From: a virus
Lineage: Duplodnaviria > Caudoviricetes
DNA: 64,000 nt
Virus record (IMG/VR): IMGVR_UViG_3300032177_000010
Coordinates: 1,135 to 65,134 of that record
Strand: one strand, 5' to 3'
Program-made: the position numbers and the translations under genes
The notes under the pieces: generated by a model
Told to the model about the DNA's origin: nothing
The model's database searches: none
What the model saw: only the letters and a program-made list of their open reading frames with translations
Shown: positions 20,997 to 30,058 of the stretch, piece after piece
How the letters are laid out: every line of letters begins with the position of its first letter
How positions within the stretch are numbered: position 1 is the first letter of the stretch

Positions 20997-22669
20997 TAAT
21001 ACTCTAATATTCCGCCAATTTGTTCTAATTTCTCTTCCGTAATCTCGATCCCTGTAGACTCGGCTATCCTATTTATTAGGTTTAGTACTTCCTCATCTTC
21101 CATTAGTTCAGCCTTCACTCTAGATAAAGGCTGCTGTCCCGTTGGCTTAACCCCCGTATTACGGTTGTTAACAGGAACATTCTGAGAACCTTGCGGCCTA
21201 CCGTTGTCACCCATGCCCGGTGGTAACGGGCTGTACGGCATTGGTGGGAAGGCGGGCATACCTTTCATGACTACTAGTTCGTCTTTCATTAACTCTACTT
21301 CAGCATTAAAGTCCAGACCCAGCATATCATTTCTGGTAGTTCTACTTAAGTTTCCTTCCTTGAATGCTTGTGCAAATACTGCCGCAGTCTTTACAGCATC
21401 CTGTAATTTTAGGGGCTTAAAGTTAGGAACAGGGATATTTCTAAATCCATTCATTTCTCCCAGCTTTTCATATTGTACAGATACCCAGTCAATTAATTCC
21501 GTCCTTACTTGCTCCATCATCGGTTGGATAGCCCAAGTAGAGACTTCCGCGCTACCCCCGGAACCAGCCTTTGCGGAGCCTGTGATCAATACCTGAGAGA
21601 ATCCTAATCCTTCTCCTAGTTCCTCGTTCACCTGTCGATACTTATCTTGGTCCAACATCGCTGCTACATCAGGAGTTATCCATTGTAACTGTGTAGTATG
21701 GTTAGAGAATAGTATGAACAGCCTTTCCATTAGTCTAGGATTATTAGCCCGCGCCAAAATCTGCGCCTTTAACTCATCAAGATTTTCTCTTGTCTCTTCT
21801 GTAAGGGGAAAATTATCCGATCCTTCCTGAACAAGAAGAATGGCATTGATTACTCTGGATGCAACAGCAAAGTCCATCCGTCGTAACTGCTGCTTGAATG
21901 TTAGCGGCTCTAGTACGTTATAAAGATAGGGGGTTGGATAGGGACTATATGAAGTTTCTTTTCTCATAATATAATCGGGATCAGGAATGACAATCTTATC
22001 AGCGCCATTTCTAATGTCCTCTACATATTGGGGGAAGTTCGTCTCATAAAGTTTAAGTTTTAATTGCTGCTCTTTTATGGTCTTACCTGATTTATTTCTA
22101 ATTAATCTGATATCTGAAGAGGGTACCTTTAAGTAAAATCTTCTCTTACCCCAACCTACCCACTCTATATGAGTAAGTAGAGGAGGATACCAATCAAATA
22201 CTGGCCACTTATATACTTTATTGGGCCGTAAATCGCTAGAAATATCTCTTCCACGTACTTCTATAAATTCTACCCTAGGTATTAATAATCCAGATAGGTA
22301 GTATTCTAATACTCCATTACCTAGGAATCTCATTAGTTTGGAGGGATTCCTATGTAATATCATACTAAAGAAAGTATTAGCCTCGTCCGTAGTTTTCTTC
22401 TGGCCGTTTCTAATATCAGTAATTGTAAACTCTTGTAATCGATTGATTACTGTTCCAACTACCCCGCCTCTTTGGTAGAAGTCATAACACATCTTTACAA
22501 CTTGGTGATAGTTTCTAGGTATGATTAGCTTTTCTGGTGACAGTCCCATTATCTGGTACTGCTCATCTAGTCCCCCTCCCCCTTGCGGGAAATAGAAAGA
22601 CCCCGCTCCATCGAACGGGGAAGTCGCTCCATCATATACTGATGCTTTAGCTAATTTAATTTCATTCAC
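20996..22669 (-). CDS. Portal protein
   Basis: 557 aa directly after large terminase; Pro-rich C-terminal tail. Confidence 0.8.
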   Translation of the reverse strand: MNEIKLAKASVYDGATSPFDGAGSFYFPQGGGGLDEQYQIMGLSPEKLIIPRNYHQVVKMCYDFYQRGGVVGTVINRLQEFTITDIRNGQKKTTDEANTFFSMILHRNPSKLMRFLGNGVLEYYLSGLLIPRVEFIEVRGRDISSDLRPNKVYKWPVFDWYPPLLTHIEWVGWGKRRFYLKVPSSDIRLIRNKSGKTIKEQQLKLKLYETNFPQYVEDIRNGADKIVIPDPDYIMRKETSYSPYPTPYLYNVLEPLTFKQQLRRMDFAVASRVINAILLVQEGSDNFPLTEETRENLDELKAQILARANNPRLMERLFILFSNHTTQLQWITPDVAAMLDQDKYRQVNEELGEGLGFSQVLITGSAKAGSGGSAEVSTWAIQPMMEQVRTELIDWVSVQYEKLGEMNGFRNIPVPNFKPLKLQDAVKTAAVFAQAFKEGNLSRTTRNDMLGLDFNAEVELMKDELVVMKGMPAFPPMPYSPLPPGMGDNGRPQGSQNVPVNNRNTGVKPTGQQPLSRVKAELMEDEEVLNLINRIAESTGIEITEEKLEQIGGILEY

Positions 22670-24264
22670 TAGTTATACACTCCTACACCTTTAGGCGTCA
22701 ACCATTTTGCTGATACCAACTTAATTTGAATCTCTTCCTTTAGTTTAACTACAGGAACTCCATAGGTGTTTTCATATGCCATAATGGCGCACATCATTGC
22801 CGCCATCTGGTGATCGTCATCTGTAAAGTAAACCGGCTCTCCGGTAATAGTCCGACGAAATTTAGTTCTTTCTAATTCAGACATTAAATTATCGTCATCT
22901 TTGGAGAAGATAAAACTTCTATCTTGTTGCGCCCATCGAGATAGTGTCTCTACTGAGTGCTTCTTCATTTGTTCTTTCTTCTCATTACCCTCTTCGTCTA
23001 CTGCAACTGTAATAAACGAACCGAACTCTACAGGATAAAGTCTTTGTATGTAGTTATATTTCTCATATTGCGTTAGATCGCCAGCAAGGTCTTGATACTG
23101 AACCTTTCCCGGTCCTCCCATATCAATACCAATAAAATCAAATTTATATATTCTATCAAGCCACGTTAGAACTTCCCTCTGTAATGCATACTCTACACGC
23201 TGCATTACTATCCGGGTAAGGCATCTCCATTTACCCGTCTGTAAATCTTCATACATGATAAAGAATACACCGGGATCAGGTGAGTAGCCTACGTCATATC
23301 CGCATCCTAGCCTTGGCGCAACGCCCTTGTACGTCTCTACGGGAGGCGGTGCAAGGATTTCCTCTAGATGATAACGGGAGACTCCATCAGAGTCCCTTCG
23401 TTTGCACCCATCAAACATGTGTTGCGTTAAGACAATTAACTGTACTTCGTACTCCTCTGTTAAGAATCTTGTTCTATCAAATACAGAGAAGGTAGGTACT
23501 CCATGCTGACCTAGTACGTAATGCTTATAATCTTCGGAGTCCTCTTGAACTGCGAAGTATTCCCTTCTTCTAGTATATTCTAATTCAGGTGTCCACCAAC
23601 TCATAATAGTTTGAGGGGTACTAAATTTTATATACTTCTCATCTAACTGGTCTGTTATATATAGAACATTCTCTCGGCGCTCCCCATTAGGAACCCCGGA
23701 AGTAAACATCTGGTAGTTCTCAATCTCTACCTTTAAGCAGTTCTGTAAGGATAGCCACGTTCTCCAAGGCAAGTCCTGAGCCTCGTCTACCCATATCCTA
23801 TAGGTATGGAGTCCGATAACGTTTGATTCCGATCCTGCCGCACCAGCAATTCTCATTAATAATTGGAAACCATTACTAAAGTCTACCTTTCCCTCGGTAA
23901 CATTCATCGAAGGATTATACTGTTTAATTAACCAATGGGTTAAACATGCTGACCTGATCCTAAAGAATGCTAAATCTTTCTGCGCTTTATTAGGAACAAG
24001 AACAAACAAGCCCGGATCACCGGGAATAAATAACCTATTAATCATCCAGTAATATAGCATTTCAATCATTGTTGTAGTCTTGTGTACTGAACGTCCACAA
24101 CACATTGATATATAACTTCCCGTACAGGTAGACCACGCTCTCTCATGTATCTCTAATCCGTTCCAGTTAGGATCGCCTTGATTTATGAACTCTCTAAATA
24201 GAACTGGATGCTGTAGAATTTGGCTCAATGCCCACTCTTGTTCAAATACTTTCTCTTCTATCAT
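22669..24264 (-). CDS. terL: Terminase large subunit
   Basis: Walker A-like GRSVHKTT, Walker B IWVDEAQD, motif III SGVPNG, RNase H-like GYDVG and C-terminal DDDH. Confidence 0.85.
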   Translation of the reverse strand: MIEEKVFEQEWALSQILQHPVLFREFINQGDPNWNGLEIHERAWSTCTGSYISMCCGRSVHKTTTMIEMLYYWMINRLFIPGDPGLFVLVPNKAQKDLAFFRIRSACLTHWLIKQYNPSMNVTEGKVDFSNGFQLLMRIAGAAGSESNVIGLHTYRIWVDEAQDLPWRTWLSLQNCLKVEIENYQMFTSGVPNGERRENVLYITDQLDEKYIKFSTPQTIMSWWTPELEYTRRREYFAVQEDSEDYKHYVLGQHGVPTFSVFDRTRFLTEEYEVQLIVLTQHMFDGCKRRDSDGVSRYHLEEILAPPPVETYKGVAPRLGCGYDVGYSPDPGVFFIMYEDLQTGKWRCLTRIVMQRVEYALQREVLTWLDRIYKFDFIGIDMGGPGKVQYQDLAGDLTQYEKYNYIQRLYPVEFGSFITVAVDEEGNEKKEQMKKHSVETLSRWAQQDRSFIFSKDDDNLMSELERTKFRRTITGEPVYFTDDDHQMAAMMCAIMAYENTYGVPVVKLKEEIQIKLVSAKWLTPKGVGVYN

Positions 24265-24920
24265 TCGACGTATAGCACCTGTTCTCTACATTTCCAACAA
24301 ACAAATTTAGCTTCTATGCTATGCTCCATATCTGGAAAGTTATTCCAAAATCTTGCTAGCTCTATTAAGCAACCGGGACATGTTATTGGTGTAGTTGACC
24401 TATTCCAGAATTCTTGCGCCCTACTTCTTATGGAGTCAATATACTGGGGAATATCATCTACTTGCTTTTCCTTTCTAGCCTTTCTAGTAATACCCAACCT
24501 ATCCTGTAATTCATTAATAGACATTGTAAGGCTTCTTTGGATATCCCCATAAGCCTTTACTGTTCTCGACAGAGAGAGTGGATCGGCCTTCAAGGTTTCC
24601 TTAACAGCCCTGATTTCTAAATCCGTATCCTCTTGTTGAATTAGATAACGTACTAATTGCTTAAGCGCTTCTGCATCATTGGAGTCATTCATATCAACTC
24701 CATACTCTTTCTGTAGACCGGATAATTTCTGCTCAAATCTTTTATCAGGTTTAACAACACCATCAGCCATAGCGATTAGTTGTTGCTCTTCTCTAACTTT
24801 TTCTTTACGCAAAACTATCTGTAATAATTCGTAATCTGAAAAGTCTTTAAATCTAGGGATATTTCTAAGCCGCTTAATTTTTCCCTTATATTCTTCAGGA
24901 ATCTCTTTCTCGTCTTCCAT
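24261..24920 (-). CDS. Putative terminase small subunit
   Basis: Helical protein with 'LQDRLGITRKARK' and C-terminal CxxC...CxxC; overlaps terL start; ATG at 24920 preferred. Confidence 0.6.
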   Translation of the reverse strand: MEDEKEIPEEYKGKIKRLRNIPRFKDFSDYELLQIVLRKEKVREEQQLIAMADGVVKPDKRFEQKLSGLQKEYGVDMNDSNDAEALKQLVRYLIQQEDTDLEIRAVKETLKADPLSLSRTVKAYGDIQRSLTMSINELQDRLGITRKARKEKQVDDIPQYIDSIRSRAQEFWNRSTTPITCPGCLIELARFWNNFPDMEHSIEAKFVCWKCREQVLYVE

Positions 24921-24938
24921 CTTTAACTCCAAATAGTA

Positions 24939-24964
24939 AAGCCCCGATTTCTCGGGGCTTGTTT
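24939..24964. terminator. Hairpin/possible terminator
   Basis: AAGCCCCGA-TTTC-TCGGGGCTT with T-rich flanks on both strands. Confidence 0.55.
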
Positions 24965-25221
24965 TACCAGCCGTTTTGTATTACCCTTCTCTCTAGATAA
25001 GCATAGTCTTGATCATCTAAGGCTCGTCGCCAATCAAATCTTGGTCTAATATAACTAGGTCCGCTACACCCCATGCAGCTACAATCAGTAAAGTGATGCT
25101 TGACATACCAATTATCGGGAACATCTGGTCCGCAGTACCAACTTGCTATCCAGCTATTCTTCCTCTTCTTTATTATGCGACTTCTTTGAAATCTTGTCAT
25201 CTCTCTGCTGTGCCTTAGCAT
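24964..25221 (-). CDS. Hypothetical basic protein (H..CSCxxC)
   Basis: 85 aa ORF. Confidence 0.55.
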   Translation of the reverse strand: MLRHSREMTRFQRSRIIKKRKNSWIASWYCGPDVPDNWYVKHHFTDCSCMGCSGPSYIRPRFDWRRALDDQDYAYLERRVIQNGW

Positions 25222-25501
25222 TTTTATCTACCCTCTTAATTATATAAGAACCAAAGTTAGCAAATAGTAGCCAGATTAACGTTAGAGCGAGAAATCCTAG
25301 CCACAGTTGGGGATATAATAGTTCGTGTATAACTTCTAATGTGTATAAAATTAATGTGCCTATAAGAGATATTATAAATACTATCCAAAGAGAAAATGCT
25401 AAAGGAAAGTATTTAGTATGTGATATTAATCCATATCCGAATCCAAAGATCATAATGGCTACTACAGCACCAATACCTAATACTAACTCCAAATAAATCA
25501 C
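25154..25501 (-). CDS. Hypothetical membrane protein (3 TM)
   Basis: 115 aa, three hydrophobic helices. Confidence 0.6.
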   Translation of the reverse strand: MIYLELVLGIGAVVAIMIFGFGYGLISHTKYFPLAFSLWIVFIISLIGTLILYTLEVIHELLYPQLWLGFLALTLIWLLFANFGSYIIKRVDKNAKAQQRDDKISKKSHNKEEEE

Positions 25502-25515
25502 TTCCTAAAAAGATT

Positions 25516-25590
25516 TGGTTGCGGGCCTGAGAATCGAACTCAGTTATCCTGCTTATGAGACAGATAGAATAACCATACCCACCGCCCGCA
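25516..25590 (-). tRNA. tRNA-Met (CAT; Ile2 not excluded)
   Basis: TGCGGGC/GCCCGCA acceptor, loop CT-CAT-AA, TTCGATT T-loop, CCA; weak D-arm. Confidence 0.8.
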
Positions 25591-25591
25591 A

Positions 25592-25680
25592 TGGTGGAGA
25601 TGATGGGGAGTCGAACCCCATGTTTATATTCTGTAAGCATCAACCTAATGAGTGCCGCAAATACTCGTCCACGCATCCCC
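25592..25680 (-). ncRNA. Non-canonical tRNA-Ala-like / tmRNA-TLD-like RNA (89 nt)
   Basis: GGGGATG/CATCTCC-A-CCA acceptor with G3:U70, T-arm ATGGGG-TTCGACT-CCCCAT, no D-stem, hairpin with UGC in a 7-nt loop. Confidence 0.7.
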
Positions 25681-25682
25681 AA

Positions 25683-25767
25683 TGGTGGACCGGATAGGAT
25701 TCGAACCTACATGCCTTTCAGACCTGATCTACAGTCAGGCGGGCCAGCCAATTTGCCCAACCGATCC
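25683..25767 (-). tRNA. tRNA-Tyr (GTA)
   Basis: Cloverleaf, loop CT-GTA-GA, long variable arm, CCA. Confidence 0.9.
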
Positions 25768-25769
25768 AT

Positions 25770-25846
25770 TGGCGCCTCTGGCAAGGGTCGAACTCGCAAG
25801 CCTTTTGGTTCGAAGCCAAATGTGCTATCCATTACACCACAGAGGC
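25770..25846 (-). tRNA. tRNA-Arg (TCG)
   Basis: Cloverleaf, loop CT-TCG-AA, CCA. Confidence 0.9.
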
Positions 25847-26236
25847 GCGATTATGTGTTCTTACTCTATGACAATTAGAACACACTAAATCACATTTTTT
25901 TATTTCTATTAAACATTTCTTAAGCATTCCTAGCGCAACTAGTCTAGACACTTCAAAGAGCTTATCTTCCCTATGATCAAAATCCATAACATAGTATGGA
26001 AAATAGTTTCCACAATCTGCGCATGGACTAGCCTCTTTTAGATTTCTAATAAGTTCTCTTGTTGCGGCTTTTTGCTTAGTAGCCTTATCTATATAAGACT
26101 TTGTATTATTCTTATAATGATTTCGTATAGCTATATTCTGGCAATCTTTACAATGTGATTGAAACTTACCTAAAGACTTATTCTTAAAACTAAATTTATC
26201 TTCACTTTTATCTTGTTTACATTTAGTACATACCAT
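25832..26236 (-). CDS. HNH homing endonuclease-like protein
   Basis: CxxC pairs, 'DFDH', 'CSNCH'. Confidence 0.85.
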   Translation of the reverse strand: MVCTKCKQDKSEDKFSFKNKSLGKFQSHCKDCQNIAIRNHYKNNTKSYIDKATKQKAATRELIRNLKEASPCADCGNYFPYYVMDFDHREDKLFEVSRLVALGMLKKCLIEIKKCDLVCSNCHRVRTHNRASVV

Positions 26237-26342
26237 ATATATCCTAACCTGAAACAGATTCCCAACTATACTTGTATAGAGTAAGACTTCCTACCACTAC
26301 AAGTATTAAAAATACTAACAACTTTAACATAACTCCTCTTGT

Positions 26343-26416
26343 TGGCTGACATACTAAGAATCGAACTTAGACCTATGGGGCCAGAACCCATCGTGCTACC
26401 ATTAAACTATATGCCA
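26343..26416 (-). tRNA. tRNA-Gln (CTG)
   Basis: Loop TT-CTG-GC, T-arm, CCA. Confidence 0.88.
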
Positions 26417-26419
26417 AGG

Positions 26420-26495
26420 TGGTCCCTCCACGGAGAATTGAACTCCGATTTACTGCCTGAGAAACAGTCGTCCTAAGCCATTAGACGATGGAGAG
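26420..26495 (-). tRNA. tRNA-Glu (CTC)
   Basis: Loop TT-CTC-AG, T-arm, CCA. Confidence 0.88.
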
Positions 26496-26571
26496 TGGTA
26501 GCCCTACATGGAATCGAACCATGTTCTCCGTGTTATCAGCGCGGCGATCTAAACCGTTAATCGATAGGGCT
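26496..26571 (-). tRNA. tRNA-Ile (GAT)
   Basis: Loop CT-GAT-AA, T-arm, CCA. Confidence 0.88.
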
Positions 26572-26573
26572 AT

Positions 26574-26647
26574 TGGCGGAACATACGGGGGTCGAACCCG
26601 TCCCTTCTGATCGACAGTCAGGTATACTACCGATATACTAATGCTCC
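26574..26647 (-). tRNA. tRNA-Asp (GTC)
   Basis: Loop CT-GTC-GA, T-arm, CCA. Confidence 0.9.
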
Positions 26648-26648
26648 T

Positions 26649-26723
26649 TGGTCGCGGTACTACGGTTATGATCCGTTCCTCGCTGCTCCACAGGCAACTG
26701 TGCTGCCACTACACTAAACCGCG
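26649..26723 (-). tRNA. tRNA-His (GTG), atypical
   Basis: Loop CT-GTG-GA, D-arm intact; T-loop ATCATAA, A73, no G-1. Confidence 0.7.
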
Positions 26724-26725
26724 AT

Positions 26726-26801
26726 TGGTGAGCCACCTAGGACTTGAACCTAGAACATTCAGATTAAGAGTCTGCTACTCTAACCATTGAGTTAGTGGCC
26801 C
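26726..26801 (-). tRNA. tRNA-Lys (CTT)
   Basis: Loop CT-CTT-AA, T-arm, CCA. Confidence 0.9.
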
Positions 26802-27092
26802 TAAACTGGAATTATTATTGCTCTAACTACTTGCTTATACGAAGGAGGATTGTCTGTAATCTGCCACGGATTTTGATTCCCAACAGCAATATCCTGCATG
26901 ACTAATTCGGCCAAATAACGCTCTATGGGACCAAATGTATCGAAAGTATTATCTTCGAACATCATCCAAATTCTAACCAATACTATCCCCCCAAGTCTGA
27001 TGCCTCCCCTAGCGTTACTGCAAGAAAATCAAATAATGCGATTACCATTAAACAGACCACTAGAACTTCCATCTTTATCACCTTATGACTGT

Positions 27093-27167
27093 TGGTGAGT
27101 GCGGCAGGAGTCGAACCCGCAACCTATGGATTAAAAGTCCCTTACTCTACCATTGAGTTACGCACCC
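27093..27167 (-). tRNA. tRNA-Lys (TTT)
   Basis: Loop CT-TTT-AA, T-arm, CCA. Confidence 0.9.
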
Positions 27168-27173
27168 ACGATG

Positions 27174-27488
27174 TTACTTTATTACTTCTACCTCATAATC
27201 CGGTGGAGGACTATCTGTAACTTTTACTCTTGAGCTACACTTAGGACAGGTAGCCACCTGATCTATTTGCCCCCAAAACACTCCCTTACATCGGGGCTTC
27301 GGGCAAAATATCTGGTACATATAAACAGTATTTGTATACGACCAACTTACTGTATTTGTCATTGGGTAGTTATGATACCACCAATCTCCTGTATAAGTTG
27401 CGGTATCTGTAGTATTAATTACTGATTTATACTCTGGTTTATAGGAGTCCTTAATTACATAATTAAACTCATAATCTTTTGCTACCAT
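27174..27488 (-). CDS. Hypothetical Zn-ribbon protein
   Basis: CPKPRC...CPKC; start moved to MVAKDY (GGAGG/AAGG RBS) so as not to overlap tRNA-Phe. Confidence 0.6.
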   Translation of the reverse strand: MVAKDYEFNYVIKDSYKPEYKSVINTTDTATYTGDWWYHNYPMTNTVSWSYTNTVYMYQIFCPKPRCKGVFWGQIDQVATCPKCSSRVKVTDSPPPDYEVEVIK

Positions 27489-27509
27489 TTCCTTTACCTC
27501 CGATTGTTT

Positions 27510-27586
27510 TGGTGCCACGAAACGGATTTGAACCGCTGACACACTGGGCTTCAACCAACTGCTCTACCGGGCTGAGCTATCGTGGC
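27510..27586 (-). tRNA. tRNA-Phe (GAA)
   Basis: Loop TT-GAA-GC, T-arm, CCA. Confidence 0.88.
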
Positions 27587-27595
27587 ATAATAAAT

Positions 27596-27671
27596 TGGCG
27601 AGGCCGGAAAGATTTGAACTTTCATCTTCCAGTTTTGGAGACTAGCATTTTGCCAATTAAACTACGTCCTC
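27596..27671 (-). tRNA. tRNA-Trp (CCA)
   Basis: Loop CT-CCA-AA, T-arm, CCA. Confidence 0.9.
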
Positions 27672-27848
27672 GCGTTATATTAACAGGACTAGAACTATAG
27701 TGAATAAAATTTCTACTCCTATCAAACCTGATACAAATACTTTAAACCGTTTTCGGGTTATTGCTGCACTCTCCATAAAATCTGCAAGCAACAGCCGCTC
27801 TCTATCGCACATTACTAACATCTCCTAGTATTAGCGGCTGGATTGATT

Positions 27849-27925
27849 TGGTACTGCGACGGAGATTCGAACTCCGACGTTCAGTTTGGAAGACTGACAT
27901 GCTAGCCGTTGAACATCACCGCAGT
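27849..27925 (-). tRNA. tRNA-Gly (TCC)
   Basis: Loop CT-TCC-AA, T-arm, CCA. Confidence 0.9.
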
Positions 27926-27930
27926 TTAAT

Positions 27931-28260
27931 CTAGTTGTCTTGCGCCCGATTCTTGGGTAACACCCACTCCTTTCCGAACGCTATTTCATTCTCCGTTGCA
28001 AAGAAAGCCCATGCTATGGGTAATTTATCTTCTTTAGCAATATTACACGGATTACAACTTGGAGTTGTATACGTACCTTCCAAACTCTTAGGGTATATGT
28101 GATCCCTAGTTATAAATTCTATGGTAAAGAAATTACCACAATAAGAACATTGAATCTGATTAGTCCGTTCGTGCCGAATAAAATGAAAGTCGAAGGGAAA
28201 GTTACCTGTTCTTCTTGCAGCGAACAACCACGAAGTTCGTAATCTTCGCTTCTTTCCCAT
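27931..28260 (-). CDS. HNH endonuclease
   Basis: CSYCG...TRDHIYPKSLEG...SCNPCNIAK. Confidence 0.85.
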   Translation of the reverse strand: MGKKRRLRTSWLFAARRTGNFPFDFHFIRHERTNQIQCSYCGNFFTIEFITRDHIYPKSLEGTYTTPSCNPCNIAKEDKLPIAWAFFATENEIAFGKEWVLPKNRAQDN

Positions 28261-28328
28261 ATCTATTAATGCTGAATTATCTCTAATTAGGGCGAAATTC
28301 AGCGACTTACCTCCTTAATATTAAAATT

Positions 28329-28406
28329 TGGTCGGGGTAAAAGGATTCGAACCTTCGACCTATTGCTCCCAAAGCAAGCGCTCTAACCAAGCTGAGCTAC
28401 ACCCCG
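28329..28406 (-). tRNA. tRNA-Pro (TGG)
   Basis: CGGGGTG acceptor, loop TT-TGG-GA, CCA. Confidence 0.92.
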
Positions 28407-28407
28407 A

Positions 28408-28623
28408 TTAAATATATGCCTGAATCTGCTTATAATCTGCTGTCCAATAGTCTGAAAGTTTCTTACAGACACATCCGCGAGCATCTTTATGTGGGTCCAA
28501 TCCAAAGTGTTTTAGTACACCGAACTTTTCGACGTATCCTGTAACACCTGTACCAGATACTACAGAAATTTTCAATCTACATCCGCACTCAGGACAACAA
28601 GGCCATGTATTAAACTTTATCAT
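28408..28623 (-). CDS. Hypothetical Cys-rich protein
   Basis: 71 aa, CPECG motif. Confidence 0.55.
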   Translation of the reverse strand: MIKFNTWPCCPECGCRLKISVVSGTGVTGYVEKFGVLKHFGLDPHKDARGCVCKKLSDYWTADYKQIQAYI

Positions 28624-28788
28624 CTATACACCTATTCTATACTTCTTCTTGATTTGCTGTGCCAAACCAGCCTTAACTAATCTTTGGTAGGCTTTTCCAA
28701 AAACTCTCTCAGTATCAGAATCGTTAACTTTACATTCTCTGAGTACCTTAACCGTTGCTTCATATTTATCTATTAGTTGGTTATCCAT
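28624..28788 (-). CDS. Hypothetical small protein
   Basis: Start moved to MDNQLI (AGGAG RBS), outside the tRNA. Confidence 0.55.
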   Translation of the reverse strand: MDNQLIDKYEATVKVLRECKVNDSDTERVFGKAYQRLVKAGLAQQIKKKYRIGV

Positions 28789-28805
28789 AATAACTCCTAA
28801 AGTGT

Positions 28806-28881
28806 TGGCACCCCCGGTAGGAATCGAACCTAACATCTACGGCTTAGAAGTCCGAGGCTTTATCCATTAAGCTACGGGGGC
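28806..28881 (-). tRNA. tRNA-Arg (TCT)
   Basis: Loop CT-TCT-AA, T-arm, CCA. Confidence 0.88.
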
Positions 28882-29580
28882 GTAGATCATTCGTCTATAA
28901 CTATTCTTAAATTCTAGGACTTCCTTCTCAGATAGATAGGTATCCCTAGAATATCTCATATTTTCTTTAACGATAGAAAGTCTCTTAATTAAATATTTTC
29001 CTACTACAGCAAGCCTTTCATCTCCTAATAAAGTATCTATATAATTAGACCTATAGTTTGAATACCCCATAGATGCATCGATAGCTAATGGAGACTTAGA
29101 AAAATCTTTAGCGGCATAAGAATTAGCAAATTTTAGTTCATATTCAATAGCCTCTAATTTAGAGATTTTTTCAGGAAGTTTGATATCCATACTTCTAATA
29201 ACTTCAGACTTCCATTTACCTAAGTAGTATTGCATATAGTTTTGCATGTAACTCATAGAGTTACCCGGAAAATCCTCAAACGATCTTACTATAAAAGTAG
29301 TATCAGTTATCTCTATCGTATCTTGAAAGAACCAAAATTCATCCAGATCAGTATTCTTTACTATGCTAGTAAGTGCTCCAATTTCACGTAGATCGGATTC
29401 TATTAGTATTACGTTTACATATTTATTAAGTTCCTCTATCCAATCTTTGGGGGCATTTTTATAGTCATTTATAACTACGTATATAGGGTATTTACCGTAT
29501 ATAGGCTCTAGACTATTAAGGCATAGCCAAGTCCAGTCCTTGCCCCCACTCCATGTACAAACTACTATACCTTGATTCAT
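28867..29580 (-). CDS. Putative GT-A-like glycosyltransferase, paralog 1
   Basis: IVVCTWSGG / EIGAL / DEFWFFQDTIEI / YLGKW; motifs shared with 30638 and 47988 ORFs. Confidence 0.55.
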   Translation of the reverse strand: MNQGIVVCTWSGGKDWTWLCLNSLEPIYGKYPIYVVINDYKNAPKDWIEELNKYVNVILIESDLREIGALTSIVKNTDLDEFWFFQDTIEITDTTFIVRSFEDFPGNSMSYMQNYMQYYLGKWKSEVIRSMDIKLPEKISKLEAIEYELKFANSYAAKDFSKSPLAIDASMGYSNYRSNYIDTLLGDERLAVVGKYLIKRLSIVKENMRYSRDTYLSEKEVLEFKNSYRRMIYAPVA

Positions 29581-29587
29581 CTAATAC

Positions 29588-29959
29588 CTACTCTATTAAA
29601 CTTGCGCCTACCGAATACCTTGCTTCAGCGCTACCTACTGGTGCTACTGTTACACTCCAATCATACGGTAGAACTGTACTAAGTGCAACATTAGCCTGTG
29701 TTGTTATTCCGGGGTAAACTGTTAAGTTAGTTACACCGCTAGCAGATACAGAAGAAGAACTTAACAGATAGTACTGTTGTCCCGAAAGCCTGTCTACACC
29801 ATTAAGGTGCATACCTATATCACCTGAAATAGTTGCTACAAATAAAGTTAACTTAACTCCCTTGAATCCTTTGTTTACCTGAACAGGGCTAGTTACAGCA
29901 CTTGTTCTAGTCTCCATAGGGAGTACATAAACATACTCATTAAAACCCACATAACTCAT
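29588..29959 (-). CDS. Putative small virion structural protein (beta-sandwich)
   Basis: 123 aa, Ser/Thr/Val-rich, 'VYPGI...LPYDW'. Confidence 0.5.
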   Translation of the reverse strand: MSYVGFNEYVYVLPMETRTSAVTSPVQVNKGFKGVKLTLFVATISGDIGMHLNGVDRLSGQQYYLLSSSSVSASGVTNLTVYPGITTQANVALSTVLPYDWSVTVAPVGSAEARYSVGASLIE

Positions 29960-29972
29960 CTCCTAAAAATTT

Positions 29973-30049
29973 TGGTGGCCTCGGAGAGATTCGAACTCTC
30001 AACCTCTTGGTCCTAAGCCAAGCGCCTCTACCAATTGGGCTACGAGGCC
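29973..30049 (-). tRNA. tRNA-Leu (TAG), short variable loop
   Basis: Loop CT-TAG-GA, 5-nt variable loop, A73, CCA. Confidence 0.88.
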
Positions 30050-30058
30050 AAAATTTGT

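Noticed and set aside
25592-25680. Full-length or two-piece tmRNA
   Set aside because: Only 89 nt between acceptor strands, no tag reading frame or pseudoknots, and not circularly permuted. Kept as an atypical RNA instead.
25413-27700. Minus-strand ORFs 25413..25682 and 27479..27700 and N-terminal extensions running through tRNAs
   Set aside because: They overlap well-formed tRNA genes; better RBS-supported starts lie downstream of the tRNAs.
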